Assembly (NCBI GenBank): GCA_947631605.1
Contig: CANRMC010000001.1
Coordinates: 1 to 55,678 of the forward strand
DNA from: an uncultured Lachnospiraceae bacterium
GTDB taxonomy: Bacteria > Bacillota > Clostridia > Lachnospirales > Lachnospiraceae
DNA length: 55,678 nucleotides
Reading direction: 5' to 3'
Shown here: piece by piece, positions 28,504-38,481 of the stretch
Layout: each line of letters opens with the position of its first letter
How positions within the stretch are numbered: the first letter of the stretch is position 1
Position numbers and translations under genes: made by a program
The notes under the pieces: generated by a model
Database searches by the model: none
What the model was told of the DNA's origin: nothing
Seen by the model: the letters and a program-made list of their open reading frames with translations, nothing else

Positions 28504-29766
28504 ATGAAAGAAGCCTTTGTGACAAAAGAGATGATAGACCAGATCGTAAAAAAACATAAAACGCCGTTTTACATTTATGATGAAAAAGGAATACGTGAGA
28601 ATGCCAGAAAATTAAAAGAAGCATTTTCATGGAATAAAGGTTATAAGGAATTCTTTGCAGTTAAGGCAACGCCGAATCCATCTATATTGAAGATATTGAA
28701 AGACGAGGGCTGCGGCGCTGACTGCTCCTCCTATACAGAGCTTCTTCTTTCCAACAGAGTGGGTATTCGGGGAGAGGAGATCATGTTTTCCTCTAATGAC
28801 ACTCCGCCGGAAGATTTCAAGCTGGCAGTCAATCTGGGAGCGACGATCAATCTGGATGACTATACCCATATCGAGTTTTTGAAGAAGGTATGAAGGAAAG
28901 GGGAACTGCCCCTCAAAATGAGCTGCCGTTACAATCCGGGCGGGGAGTTCGCAATCTCTACGACCATTATGGACAATCCCGGCGAGGCAAAATATGGAAT
29001 GACAAAGGAGCAGATGATTCAGGCATACAAAGACCTCAAAAAAGAGGGCGTTATGGAATTTGGTATGCATTCGTTCCTTGCGAGCAATACCCTTACCAAT
29101 GAATATTATCCGAAGCTTGCCAGAATATTATTTGAGGCAGCCGTGGAAGTAAAGGAAAAGACAGGGATTAAACTGAGTTTTATCAATCTTTCCGGCGGAA
29201 TCGGCGTTCCATACCTGCCGGATCAGGAACCGAACGATATTATGGCGATCGGTGAAGGCGTGCGGAAAGCTTATGAGGAAGTCTTGGTTCCTGCGGGACT
29301 CGGTAAAGTAAAGATTTATACGGAATTAGGACGGTATATGCTGGCGCCGTACGGACATCTGGTTACAACCGCTATCCATGAAAAACATATTTACAAGGAA
29401 TATATCGGCCTGGACGCCTGTGCCGTGAATCTCATGCGTCCGGCAATGTATGGCGCATATCATCATATTACGGTGCTTGGTAAAGAAAATGAGCCTTGCG
29501 ACCACGTTTATGATATCGTAGGTTCGCTCTGCGAGAACAACGATAAATTCGCCATAGACCGGAAGCTTCCGAAAATTGATATCGGCGATTATATTGTAAT
29601 CCATGATACGGGAGCGCATGGATTTTCTATGGGCTACAACTATAACGGCAAATTGAGATCGGCAGAGCTTCTTCTTCGGGAAGACGGTTCCGTACTGGAA
29701 ATCCGGCGGGCGGAAAAACCGGATGATTATTTTGCCACTTTGAGTAATTATTGGGGATTGGTTTAA
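28504..29766 (+). pseudogene. lysA: Diaminopimelate decarboxylase-type PLP enzyme (Orn/DAP/Arg decarboxylase family 2) interrupted by an in-frame TGA at 28891-28893
   Basis: ORFs 28435-28893 and 28918-29766 are in the same frame. Together they read ...HIEFLKKV*RKGELPLKMSCRYNPGG... PLP-Lys context FFAVKATPNP. C-terminal part ...FINLSGGIGVPY... and ...GSLCENNDKF... Confidence 0.7.
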
Positions 29767-29785
29767 TGCGAAAGACAGATTGCGT

Positions 29786-29810
29786 AATCCGGTTGTACCG
29801 GATTCGTTTT
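29786..29810 (+). terminator. Intrinsic terminator after the lysA-type gene
   Basis: AATCCGGT-TGT-ACCGGATT followed by CGTTTTC. Confidence 0.6.
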
Positions 29811-29855
29811 CAGACAAGAAATAAGGGGGCTGCTCAGGCAGTCCCCTTTACTGTA

Positions 29856-30380
29856 TCAGCGCGCCAGCTTTTCCGGTTCCGGATAGTCGGTTCCCATGGT
29901 GTCCACGGTTACGCTCTTCATGATCTGTGCCTCATACGGCCGGTCATTCGGTGCAGTCGGAACAGCGGCAATCTTATTTACCACATCCATGCCCTCGATG
30001 ATCTTTCCAAATGCGGCATACTGACCGTCCAGATGCGGACTTGTCTTATGCATGATAAAGAACTGCGAGCCTGCGGAATCCGGCATCATGGAACGCGCCA
30101 TGGAAATAACGCCCTCGGTATGCTTTAGATCATTTGCAAAACCGTTTCTTGCAAATTCGCCTCGGATGGAATATCCGGGACCGCCGGTTCCGTTCCCCTC
30201 CGGACAGCCGCCCTGGATCATGAAGCCGCTGATTACCCTGTGGAAAGTCAATCCGTCATAGAAGCCTTTCTTCACCAGAGAAATAAAATTGTTGACTGTG
30301 TTTGGCGCGATTTCGGGATATAATTCTAATTTCATTATATCTCCGTCCGCCATTTGAATGGTAACGATTGGATTTGCCAA
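29856..30380 (-). CDS. ppiB: Cyclophilin-type peptidyl-prolyl cis-trans isomerase
   Basis: 174 aa. Signature FHRVISGFMIQGG...GGPGY...F. Confidence 0.9.
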   Translation of the reverse strand: MANPIVTIQMADGDIMKLELYPEIAPNTVNNFISLVKKGFYDGLTFHRVISGFMIQGGCPEGNGTGGPGYSIRGEFARNGFANDLKHTEGVISMARSMMPDSAGSQFFIMHKTSPHLDGQYAAFGKIIEGMDVVNKIAAVPTAPNDRPYEAQIMKSVTVDTMGTDYPEPEKLAR

Positions 30381-30500
30381 AATATATCATCCTTTCTTGA
30401 AATTATGAATAAAAGATGATAGTATAATATCATTAATGTAAAATTACTTCAAGTATGTCATTTAACAGAAAGATAACTTGGGTATGAATGAGGTATCAAA

Positions 30501-31568
30501 GTGAAAGTAGTGAAACTGATTAAGCTTCTGATCGGCGTTGTTGCGGCTGTGCTGCTTTGCTCCATTGTCGGAACCTATGTTAAGGATTATTACAACGCAT
30601 ATCAGCAGGAATATACATCCACAGAGACAAATCCCGGAAGAGATGTTGTGATCGAGATTCCGGAGAAAGCGTCGGCAAGGGAAATCGCCTCTATATTGAA
30701 GAAGAACGGTCTCATCCAATTCGAGGGCGCGTTTGTAAAACGTCTGAAAAATTCCGAGTACCGGGGCAGATTGCAGAGCGGAACCTTTACTTTAAATACA
30801 GGTATGAACACCTTAGACATGATGAAAGTCATGTCGCCGACCGTAGAAGCAAACCAGCCGATCGACCAACTGGTTATACCGGAAGGATTTACGGTCGATC
30901 AGATTGCCGTCCGCTGTGAGAAGCAGGGCATCTGTACCAAGCAGGAATTTTTAAATGCGGTACGTTCTGTGACGGCAACGGATTTTCCTTATCTGAACGA
31001 TATTCCGGCAGGCGCAAATGTGCGGTATAAGCTGGAGGGATATCTGTTCCCTGCAACTTATGATATTTATCCGGACACGACTGCCAAATCTCTGGTGGAA
31101 TGGATGCTCCGGACATTTGATAATTATTATACAGAGGAACTGAGAGAACAGGCGGAAGCCATGGGTTACAGTTCTTATGATGTAGTGACAAGAGCGTCCA
31201 TGATCGAACGGGAATGTAAAGTGCCGGAGGAGCGTGCGATTGTTGCGGGCGTTATCAATAACCGGCTGAAAAAAGACATGATGCTGCAGGTTGATCCAAC
31301 AGTGCTTTATCCACTGACTGAAGGTATGTATGATCAGACAAGCGTGTCTTATGAGGATCTGGAAATTGATTCTCCATATAACACTTACAAATATACCGGC
31401 CTACCGGTAGGACCGATCTGTAATCCCGGACTTGCCTGTATCAAAGCGGCTCTTTATCCGGAGGAGCATAATTACCTCTATTACCATACGGATAATGAAG
31501 AATTGGGAACTCATGTATTTACGGAGACTTACGAAGAACATATTGACACACAGAATGGTGAAGAATAA
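30501..31568 (+). CDS. mltG: Endolytic murein transglycosylase MltG (YceG family)
   Basis: GTG start, N-terminal TM segment, motifs LQVDPTVLY and SPYNTYKYTGLPVGPICNPG. Confidence 0.85.
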   Translation: MKVVKLIKLLIGVVAAVLLCSIVGTYVKDYYNAYQQEYTSTETNPGRDVVIEIPEKASAREIASILKKNGLIQFEGAFVKRLKNSEYRGRLQSGTFTLNTGMNTLDMMKVMSPTVEANQPIDQLVIPEGFTVDQIAVRCEKQGICTKQEFLNAVRSVTATDFPYLNDIPAGANVRYKLEGYLFPATYDIYPDTTAKSLVEWMLRTFDNYYTEELREQAEAMGYSSYDVVTRASMIERECKVPEERAIVAGVINNRLKKDMMLQVDPTVLYPLTEGMYDQTSVSYEDLEIDSPYNTYKYTGLPVGPICNPGLACIKAALYPEEHNYLYYHTDNEELGTHVFTETYEEHIDTQNGEE

Positions 31569-31624
31569 TCACGGCTCAGGCGGATGTGTTTGAGCGTTTC
31601 AATAATTATCATAGGAGGGGCGCC

Positions 31625-33673
31625 ATGAGAAGTTTCAGCTTCATAGCAAAAAACATTGGAAGAGAACGATATCTGACTTACATTATGGGAGAGGATTGTG
31701 AGCTGGATGAGGAGGTTCTGGATTATTGTGAAGAACATCCGTTAAAAGAATTAGTAAAGGTCATATATGAAGAAGATGATGATTATGATTATCTGACCTA
31801 TGATATCACAGGCAAAATGACACTGGAAAAATTTACCGGAAGTGTCATGAATCGTGAACAGGTATTTCGCATTGTGAGAAATATCGCTCTCGGACTGGTA
31901 GGACTCAAGGAACAGGCGATTCATCTTGCTTATATTCTGTTAAATAAAGGATTTATATACATTAATCCGGATACACTGGACTTGCAGTTTATCTGTCTTC
32001 CTGTGGAGAGCGATGCCTCCCTGTCATTGGAATTTAAGGGATTCGTAAGGCAGTTCCTGGCAAATTTGAGATATAATGTAGATGAAGATCTATCCTATGT
32101 TGGACAGCTTCTTACATATATCAATGGAAATTCTTTCAATCTCCGGGGACTTATCGGTCTGACAGAGGCTTTGATGGAGGATGCGGGGATAGATTTTGTT
32201 GCGGATGAAGGAATTGCAACGGATGACGGTGCAGAAGTTGTAAATACTGTGAATGAGGAGCCGGAAGAACAAACAGAGAAACCGGATAGCATTAATGATA
32301 TTATGAGCAGTCTGGGTGATGCGGATGACGTCCTTCCGGAAATCGGAGACGATGAAGAAGATGAGGAGGACGAAGAAGATTTTGAGCCTGCGTCAGCAGA
32401 ACCGGCCATCAAGTTAGAACCGGAAGAGCCGGAAGAAGAAATAAAGGCTGAGGCAAAGGCAGAGCCGGAGGAAGAGCCAAAAGCTGAGGCAAAAGCAGAA
32501 CCGGAGGAAGAACCAAAAGCTGAGGCAAAGGCAGAGCCGGAGGAAGAGCCAAAAGCCGAGGTAAAGGAAGAGCCGAAAGCTGAGGTAAAGGCAGAGCCGA
32601 AAGCTGAGGTAAAGGCAGAGACGGAAGAAGAGCCAAAAGCTGAAGCAAAGGCAGAGCCGGAGGAAGAACCAAAGGCTGAGGCAAAGGAAGAACCGGAGGA
32701 AGAGCCAAAAGCTGAGGTAAAGGCAGAGCCGGAGAAAGAAGAACCGGAAGAAGAAATAAAGGCAGAGCCGGAGAAAGAAGAACCAAAGGTTGAAACAAAA
32801 GTAGAGCCGGAAGAAGAACCAAAGGCCGAAGCAAAAGCAGAGCCGGAGGAAGAACCAAAGGCTGAAGCAAAGACAGAGCCGGAGGAAGAACCAAAGGCCG
32901 AAGCAAAGACAGAGCCGGAGGAAGAAAAGCCGGCAACGGAAGAAGAGATCAAATCCAAGATTGAGCAGCTGGTAAATGGCGGCGACAGTGAGAAGAAAGA
33001 ACTGGATGATATCGTAGTTACAAGACCGGTAGTGAAAAAACCACGGATTAAGGTAAATCGGGCAGCAATCATACAGAATGTTCAGAATGCTGTTGAAGAA
33101 CAGGAGCATGAGCAGGAGGCAGAAAGCGGTAAAGAAAACGAAGACTCCAAAGGAATGCCAACGGCGGAAACGGCGAGAAGTACAGCAAGGTCCGCAAAGA
33201 AGGAAACCATCATTGAGGACATCGGCGCTGCCATGAATCAGGAGACCGCAGCAGTAAATGAAAAGCCGGCAGTGGAAAAACCGGTAGAAACAAAGCCGAT
33301 CACCAGCAGTTCCGTTCTCAGTAAAGGAACGGCAAGCGTCAACAATACCATGCTCGGCGCTTCCGGAACCATGAAGATCTGTCCGTATCTCATTCGGGAG
33401 AATACAGAGGAACGGATCATGATTACAAAGGCAGTCTTTAAGATCGGAAAAGCAAACCGCGGCGTGGACTATACCGTAGACGGAAATGGCGCAGTGAGCC
33501 GCCAGCATGCCATTATCATGGAAAAAGACGGCGTATATTATATTAAGGATAACAAATCTACCAATCACACCTATGTGGACGGAAAGAAGCTGGAAGAGGG
33601 ACAGGAGGAGATTCTGACTCACGACTGCAAGGTGAAACTGGGTGATGAGGAATTTGTCTTCAAAATCCGATAA
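31625..33673 (+). CDS. FHA-domain protein with DUF6382-like N-domain and long acidic repeat linker
   Basis: Start at the ATG after GGAGGGG. C-terminal FHA (KIGKA...VSRQHAII...YIKDNKSTNHTYVDGKKL). Central (EPEEEPKAEAKA)n. Confidence 0.8.
   Translation: MRSFSFIAKNIGRERYLTYIMGEDCELDEEVLDYCEEHPLKELVKVIYEEDDDYDYLTYDITGKMTLEKFTGSVMNREQVFRIVRNIALGLVGLKEQAIHLAYILLNKGFIYINPDTLDLQFICLPVESDASLSLEFKGFVRQFLANLRYNVDEDLSYVGQLLTYINGNSFNLRGLIGLTEALMEDAGIDFVADEGIATDDGAEVVNTVNEEPEEQTEKPDSINDIMSSLGDADDVLPEIGDDEEDEEDEEDFEPASAEPAIKLEPEEPEEEIKAEAKAEPEEEPKAEAKAEPEEEPKAEAKAEPEEEPKAEVKEEPKAEVKAEPKAEVKAETEEEPKAEAKAEPEEEPKAEAKEEPEEEPKAEVKAEPEKEEPEEEIKAEPEKEEPKVETKVEPEEEPKAEAKAEPEEEPKAEAKTEPEEEPKAEAKTEPEEEKPATEEEIKSKIEQLVNGGDSEKKELDDIVVTRPVVKKPRIKVNRAAIIQNVQNAVEEQEHEQEAESGKENEDSKGMPTAETARSTARSAKKETIIEDIGAAMNQETAAVNEKPAVEKPVETKPITSSSVLSKGTASVNNTMLGASGTMKICPYLIRENTEERIMITKAVFKIGKANRGVDYTVDGNGAVSRQHAIIMEKDGVYYIKDNKSTNHTYVDGKKLEEGQEEILTHDCKVKLGDEEFVFKIR
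32410..32945. repeat. ~36-bp tandem repeats encoding (A/T)EPEEEPKAEAK units
   Basis: GCAGAGCCGGAGGAAGAGCCAAAAGCTGAGGCAAAG-type units repeated more than 12 times with variants. Confidence 0.85.
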
Positions 33674-33766
33674 TTTAGATAAACATCCCTTCCGAGTTGA
33701 TAAGGTTAAACACTTATTGGATCGGAAGGGGTATTTTGTGTATAAGAACGGCATTGGAGAATGAAA

Positions 33767-34444
33767 ATGGCATGGATTCTATTGGTTGAAGATGATAAAA
33801 GTATCGTAACAGCTCTGGCGGAATTTCTGGAAAAAGAAGGCTTCCGTATAACAGCAGTATCCGGTCAGAAAGAAGCGCTTTCGATATTGGAGGAGCAGGC
33901 GGCGAAGTTTGACCTGATTCTTCTGGACATATCACTGGCGGACGGCAACGGCTTTTCCGTATGTGCTGCCGCAAAGCAGATAACGAGTCTTCCGGTTATT
34001 TTTTTGACAGCATCCGGGGACGAATACAGCGTTGTGACAGGATTGGATATGGGGGCGGATGATTATATTGCAAAACCGTTTCGCCCAAGGGAACTGGTTT
34101 CAAGGATCAATAATGTATTAAGAAGAGCAGGGAAGAAATGCCCGCTTCCGGAGTATCAGGGTCTTACGATCGATCCGGCAAAAGGAACTGTCTGGAGGAA
34201 CGGGGAAGAAGTTATATTATCTGCTTTGGAATATAAACTTCTCCTTCTCTTTTTTCAGAATCAGGGAATTGTTTTGTCCCGCACAAGAATCTTGGATGAA
34301 CTCTGGGATATGGCAGGAGAATATGTGAACGACAATACTCTTACGGTTTACATCAAGCGCTTGCGGGAGAAGATTGAGGAAAATCCATCGGAACCGAAGT
34401 ATATAAAAACCCTTCGTGGTCTGGGTTATAAGCTGGGGGAATGA
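33767..34444 (+). CDS. OmpR/PhoB-family response regulator
   Basis: LLVEDD, phospho-acceptor context LILLDISLADG, KPF, and C-terminal wHTH ...IKTLRGLGYKL. Confidence 0.9.
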   Translation: MAWILLVEDDKSIVTALAEFLEKEGFRITAVSGQKEALSILEEQAAKFDLILLDISLADGNGFSVCAAAKQITSLPVIFLTASGDEYSVVTGLDMGADDYIAKPFRPRELVSRINNVLRRAGKKCPLPEYQGLTIDPAKGTVWRNGEEVILSALEYKLLLLFFQNQGIVLSRTRILDELWDMAGEYVNDNTLTVYIKRLREKIEENPSEPKYIKTLRGLGYKLGE

Positions 34445-34445
34445 T

Positions 34446-35459
34446 ATGGGACGATTCTTTCGAAATCCGGAAATCAGGTTATTTTTCATCCTTTCACTTC
34501 TTGCGGCGGTTATTTTTGGAATTATGGGATTTCTGCTGGGAGAAAAAAGCGGAATTCTTTTAATCGGTGTATCTCTTTTTTATTCAGTGCTTTTTCTTTT
34601 CTTTACATATTTTCGTTACCGGAAACTCCGAAGATTAAGCAATGATCTGGACAGGATGCTTCATAATGGAACGCCGATTCCCTTCGATCAGTATAAGGAG
34701 GGGGAACTGGCGGTGCTGGAGAGCGAACTTTCCAAAATGACACTCCGTCTGAAGGAACAGGCGGATGCGCTCGAACGTGACAAGAAATATCTGTCGGATT
34801 CCATGGCGGATATTTCCCATCAGCTCCGTTCGCCGCTGACTGCCATGGAGCTTACGGTTTCTTTATTGAAGACTCCGGAACTGGAAGAAGAACGAAGAAG
34901 AGAACTTTGCAGAGAACTGGCTCAGTCCTGCGCCAGAATCAGCTGGCTTACGGAAGCTTTGCTTAAAATGTCAAAAATGGATGCCGGAACCGCATATCTT
35001 AGCTGTCAGAGGGTGGAGCTTCAGGAGCTTCTCAGACTTTCTCTGGAACCGCTCCTGATTCCGATGGAATTGAGGGAACAGACGCTGGATGTCTGCTTTG
35101 AAACCGGACGGGAAAGCTTTGATGGGGATATTGCGTGGACGACAGAGGCGGTGCAGAATATCCTGAAAAACTGTATGGAGCATACGCCGCAGGGAGGAAC
35201 GATCACAGTGACCGGCAGTGAAAATCCCCTGTTTACAGAATTAATCATAGAAGACAATGGCGCCGGATTTGATAAAAAGGACCTGCCGCATTTATTTGAA
35301 CGGTTTTACAAAGGGAAAAATGCTTCAGACCAGAGCGTCGGTATCGGACTTGCCCTGGCGCGAATGATCGTTGCAGAGCAGAACGGGACGGTGAAGGCGG
35401 AGAACCGCCCGGAGGGAGGAGCACGGTTTGTGATCCGGTTCTACAAAGAGAAGCCTTGA
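34446..35459 (+). CDS. Sensor histidine kinase (HisKA + HATPase_c)
   Basis: Two N-terminal TM segments. H-box ADISHQLRSPLTAM, N-box QNILKNCMEHTP, G-boxes EDNGAGF and GIGLALA. Start overlaps the RR stop (ATGATATG). Confidence 0.9.
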   Translation: MGRFFRNPEIRLFFILSLLAAVIFGIMGFLLGEKSGILLIGVSLFYSVLFLFFTYFRYRKLRRLSNDLDRMLHNGTPIPFDQYKEGELAVLESELSKMTLRLKEQADALERDKKYLSDSMADISHQLRSPLTAMELTVSLLKTPELEEERRRELCRELAQSCARISWLTEALLKMSKMDAGTAYLSCQRVELQELLRLSLEPLLIPMELREQTLDVCFETGRESFDGDIAWTTEAVQNILKNCMEHTPQGGTITVTGSENPLFTELIIEDNGAGFDKKDLPHLFERFYKGKNASDQSVGIGLALARMIVAEQNGTVKAENRPEGGARFVIRFYKEKP

Positions 35460-35474
35460 CAGCTGCGAGGGAAA

Positions 35475-36002
35475 ATGGCATTCTGTATACGGATGAGGCA
35501 GAAGAACATAGGAGAGAAAAGATTGAAAACCAGAAGAGTTATTTCTATATTAATAGCCGCAGGGTATCTTGCTTTGATTTTTTATCTGTCATTTCAAAAC
35601 GGGGCTGATACCGCGGAAACCAGTTCCAGACTCACGCGGTTTCTGCTAAAGCTGGTCGGACAGGCAGATATAAGCTGGCAGGCGTTCCTGCGGGTGGATC
35701 ATGTTGTGCGTGCCCTTGCCCATATTGTGTTGTTTCTCATTTATGGATTTCTTGGCGTATTCGTTCTTTCGGCATGGAACCTGCGGAAGCCGGCAGGGAT
35801 TATAAGCATGGCTGGAATCGGCGTTCTGTTTTCTGTTTTTTCGGAGGTAGGGAAACTGTTAATTTCTGGGAGGCACTGCAGCGTCCGAGATATGTGCCTG
35901 AACCTCCTGGGGCTCGCAATCGGACTTGGAATCTCGTTTTTCCTTACCTGCAGGAAAAAGAAAAATAAAACGGGCGGAGAAAATAAAATAAAAATAGAAT
36001 AA
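35475..36002 (+). CDS. VanZ-like membrane protein
   Basis: 175 aa with 4 TM segments. Motif-level resemblance only (ALAHIVLFLIYGFLG). Confidence 0.55.
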   Translation: MAFCIRMRQKNIGEKRLKTRRVISILIAAGYLALIFYLSFQNGADTAETSSRLTRFLLKLVGQADISWQAFLRVDHVVRALAHIVLFLIYGFLGVFVLSAWNLRKPAGIISMAGIGVLFSVFSEVGKLLISGRHCSVRDMCLNLLGLAIGLGISFFLTCRKKKNKTGGENKIKIE

Positions 36003-36035
36003 AATACATACGGAATAGAATAAAATACATACGGA
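35994..36035 (+). promoter_or_regulatory. Perfect 21-bp tandem direct repeat abutting the -35 of the ChW gene promoter (candidate response-regulator site)
   Basis: ATAGAATAAAATACATACGGA occurs twice (35994-36014 and 36015-36035). Confidence 0.45.
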
Positions 36036-36042
36036 ATTATTC

Positions 36043-36071
36043 TTGACAAGCAAAATGATTCGTAGTAAAGT
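36043..36071 (+). promoter_or_regulatory. Candidate sigma-A promoter of the ChW-repeat gene
   Basis: TTGACA, 17-nt spacer, TAAAGT. Confidence 0.45.
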
Positions 36072-36119
36072 ATACCTGTAATTGCACAAAAACAAATAAG
36101 AACACGAGGAGGAATGGGA

Positions 36120-37655
36120 ATGAAAAAGTTCTTAAAAAAGGGTATTGTTGCAGTAGCAGCATGTGCAACCCTGCTTGGTTCTTTGTCAGTCAGCGCTGCT
36201 GATACATGTGGAACCAAGGAACAAGAAGTTCTGAAGTGGATTCAGGACAGCAAGTCAGAAAATAAGGGTGACCTGTATGAGCTGGCAAAGAAGCAGTTCG
36301 AGTACACCCCAGGCGATATCACAGATGAACAGGCTAGCCAGATTAAGGCTAATCTGAAGGAAGCTGATGATAAGATCGCTGGTGGCGCAGAAGTTGAAGA
36401 GTTGATTGAGCTTGCAGACGAGACAGCAGAGCTGGTTGGCGGTGCCGTAACACTGGTTGACGGAACAGCAGTATTTGTTCAGTATAAGGTAGACAGTACT
36501 GGCAAAACAACAGATGCTATTAATTCCATTACGGTTGTAACAGAGCCGAACAAGACGGAAACCGTAACCTCTGAAGGCGACTCAGGCGTTTTCAAGACAC
36601 AGGATGGTAAGTATTATGACTTAGTTGAAGGCGGCGAGAGCGTTAACGTATCACCGGTAGACGTTACATATTCCGTACACGTACAGTCAGCCGGCGATCA
36701 GGCACCGGTTAAGAACGGTGCTCCTGCAGGTACAACAGGAAGCGCAAAGCGTCTGGAGAGAATCTCCATCGAAGTAACAGGAAATGACGACCTTGGTATC
36801 GAGTATACCACACATGTTCAGTCTTACGGTTGGATGCCATGGGCAGCAAACGGTGAGAAGAGTGGTACAGAAGGCGAAGCAAAGCGTCTGGAAGCTATTA
36901 AGATTCAGCTGACAGGTAAGGCTGCTGACAAATACAATGTTTACTACAGAGTACATGCTCAGAGCCGTGACTGGATGGGCTGGGCTAAGAATGGCGAGAC
37001 AGCAGGTACCGCAGGTTATGCAAAGAGACTGGAGGCAATCCAGATCGTAGTTGTTCCGAAGTGGGATAATGACGGTAAGCTTGACGAGAGCAAGTATGCT
37101 CCGGCAACCAAGTTCTCCGCAGCTTATGATGAGAAGCCGGGTGCAGACAATGTAACTGTTCCACAGTCAGTAGTTCCTACAGTTATGTATCAGACACACG
37201 TACAGAGCATCGGCTGGCAGAAGTGGTCAGCAAACGGTGCAATGGCTGGTACACAGGGACAGTATAAGAGACTGGAAGGAATCAAACTGCAGCTTACAAA
37301 CAAGGATTACGCAGGCGGTATCGAGTACAGCACACATGTACAGAGCATCGGCTGGCAGGCACCAGCTAAAAATGGACAGCTGGCTGGTACACAGGGACAG
37401 CATAAGAGACTGGAAGCTATCAAGATTAATCTGACAGGTGAGATTGCAAACCACTATGATGTATACTACAGAGTTCATTCACAGACCTATGGCTGGATGG
37501 GCTGGGCTAAGAATGGCGAGTCTGCAGGTACATCCGGACAGGCAAAGAGACTTGAAGGTATTCAGGTTGTTCTTGTTCCGAAGGGTGGCGCAGCACCAGC
37601 TAACAACTATGGCGGAATTCAGCAGTTAACTGCAGCTCCGTTTGTTGGCAAATAA
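36120..37655 (+). CDS. Secreted ChW-repeat (clostridial hydrophobic W) protein
   Basis: Signal peptide MKKFLKKGIVAVAACATLLGSLSVSA. Six repeats of the form HVQSxGWxxWxxNGxxAGTxGxxKRLExIxI. Confidence 0.85.
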   Translation: MKKFLKKGIVAVAACATLLGSLSVSAADTCGTKEQEVLKWIQDSKSENKGDLYELAKKQFEYTPGDITDEQASQIKANLKEADDKIAGGAEVEELIELADETAELVGGAVTLVDGTAVFVQYKVDSTGKTTDAINSITVVTEPNKTETVTSEGDSGVFKTQDGKYYDLVEGGESVNVSPVDVTYSVHVQSAGDQAPVKNGAPAGTTGSAKRLERISIEVTGNDDLGIEYTTHVQSYGWMPWAANGEKSGTEGEAKRLEAIKIQLTGKAADKYNVYYRVHAQSRDWMGWAKNGETAGTAGYAKRLEAIQIVVVPKWDNDGKLDESKYAPATKFSAAYDEKPGADNVTVPQSVVPTVMYQTHVQSIGWQKWSANGAMAGTQGQYKRLEGIKLQLTNKDYAGGIEYSTHVQSIGWQAPAKNGQLAGTQGQHKRLEAIKINLTGEIANHYDVYYRVHSQTYGWMGWAKNGESAGTSGQAKRLEGIQVVLVPKGGAAPANNYGGIQQLTAAPFVGK

Positions 37656-37664
37656 TAAGCGATT

Positions 37665-37699
37665 ATTATAATTGGAAAAGCCGGTTTTTATGACCGGCT
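37665..37699 (+). terminator. Intrinsic terminator after the ChW gene
   Basis: GAAAAGCCGGT, 7-nt loop, ACCGGCTTTTC, then T6. Confidence 0.85.
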
Positions 37700-37791
37700 T
37701 TTCTTTTTTACATTTTTTTCAGAAATAACTGGAAGTCACTTGACACGGGGCAGATTTTTGATAGAATTATGATTGGAAAGGAGTGACTTAT

Positions 37792-38481
37792 GTGCAGAGA
37801 AAAAAAATAAGTGGTATTCATATAGTAATCGCACTTTTGCTGATAGCAGCTATAACGTTTGGCTGGTCGATACAATCCCAGGCGGGCATTAACGGTGCGG
37901 AGAGCCGGCTGATCGGGGTAGCGCGGAGTACATTTTATTATAAGGGCGATTATTACAGAGTAAAGTCTACATATATTAACCAGTTGGTAAATGCTCTGGA
38001 TAGTAAATATGATCTTTCGGATGCTCAGGTAAGTTCCTGTATCAATTATATTTACGGGAATATCGGTTCCGGCGTCCGTCGGGGGTATCTGTATAAGATT
38101 GAGGTAGAGGAGCCGGAGGACTCTTCCGGATCATCAGAAACAGAAAAACCAGCTCCGCCTTCCGAGGTGAAAGATGATGAGATCATTGTGGTAGAGGAAA
38201 CGCCGAAGAAATCAAAAGACGAGATATTGAAGGAAACGACAGATCTTGCTAATGGCATGGGGCTTTCTGTTCAGTTTGATAACGGGAAGGATGAAGTAAC
38301 CATAACGGACTCTTCCGGTAATGTCCTGATTTCCACAAAGCAGGCAGTAAAGAATACCGGATTCCGTTTAAACTCTATACTGATATTTGCCGGATTGATC
38401 CTGTTTTTTACAGTGATTACGATTCTGATGGCGATCAAATTAAAATTATTTGTTCAGGATGAAGAAGATGAAAAAGAATAA
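37792..38481 (+). CDS. Secreted protein with C-terminal sorting-signal-like tail (candidate sortase substrate)
   Basis: Start uncertain (GTG at 37792, 8 nt after AAGGAG). Signal peptide. C-terminus AVKNTG-FRLNS-hydrophobic 20 aa-KLK. Confidence 0.6.
   Translation: MQRKKISGIHIVIALLLIAAITFGWSIQSQAGINGAESRLIGVARSTFYYKGDYYRVKSTYINQLVNALDSKYDLSDAQVSSCINYIYGNIGSGVRRGYLYKIEVEEPEDSSGSSETEKPAPPSEVKDDEIIVVEETPKKSKDEILKETTDLANGMGLSVQFDNGKDEVTITDSSGNVLISTKQAVKNTGFRLNSILIFAGLILFFTVITILMAIKLKLFVQDEEDEKE

Noticed and set aside
28891-28912. Selenocysteine recoding of the in-frame TGA in the lysA-type gene
   Set aside because: DAP decarboxylases are not known selenoproteins. The downstream hairpin is only 4 bp and unlike a bacterial SECIS. 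A nonsense mutation or sequencing error is more parsimonious. It is kept as a minor alternative in the finding.
32095-33754. Three long minus-strand ORFs (325, 175 and 446 aa) overlapping the FHA gene
   Set aside because: They are low-complexity translations (SSGS/LPAL/LRLCL repeats) of the antisense strand of the 36-bp repeat array. The + strand frame carries a bona fide FHA domain and an RBS.
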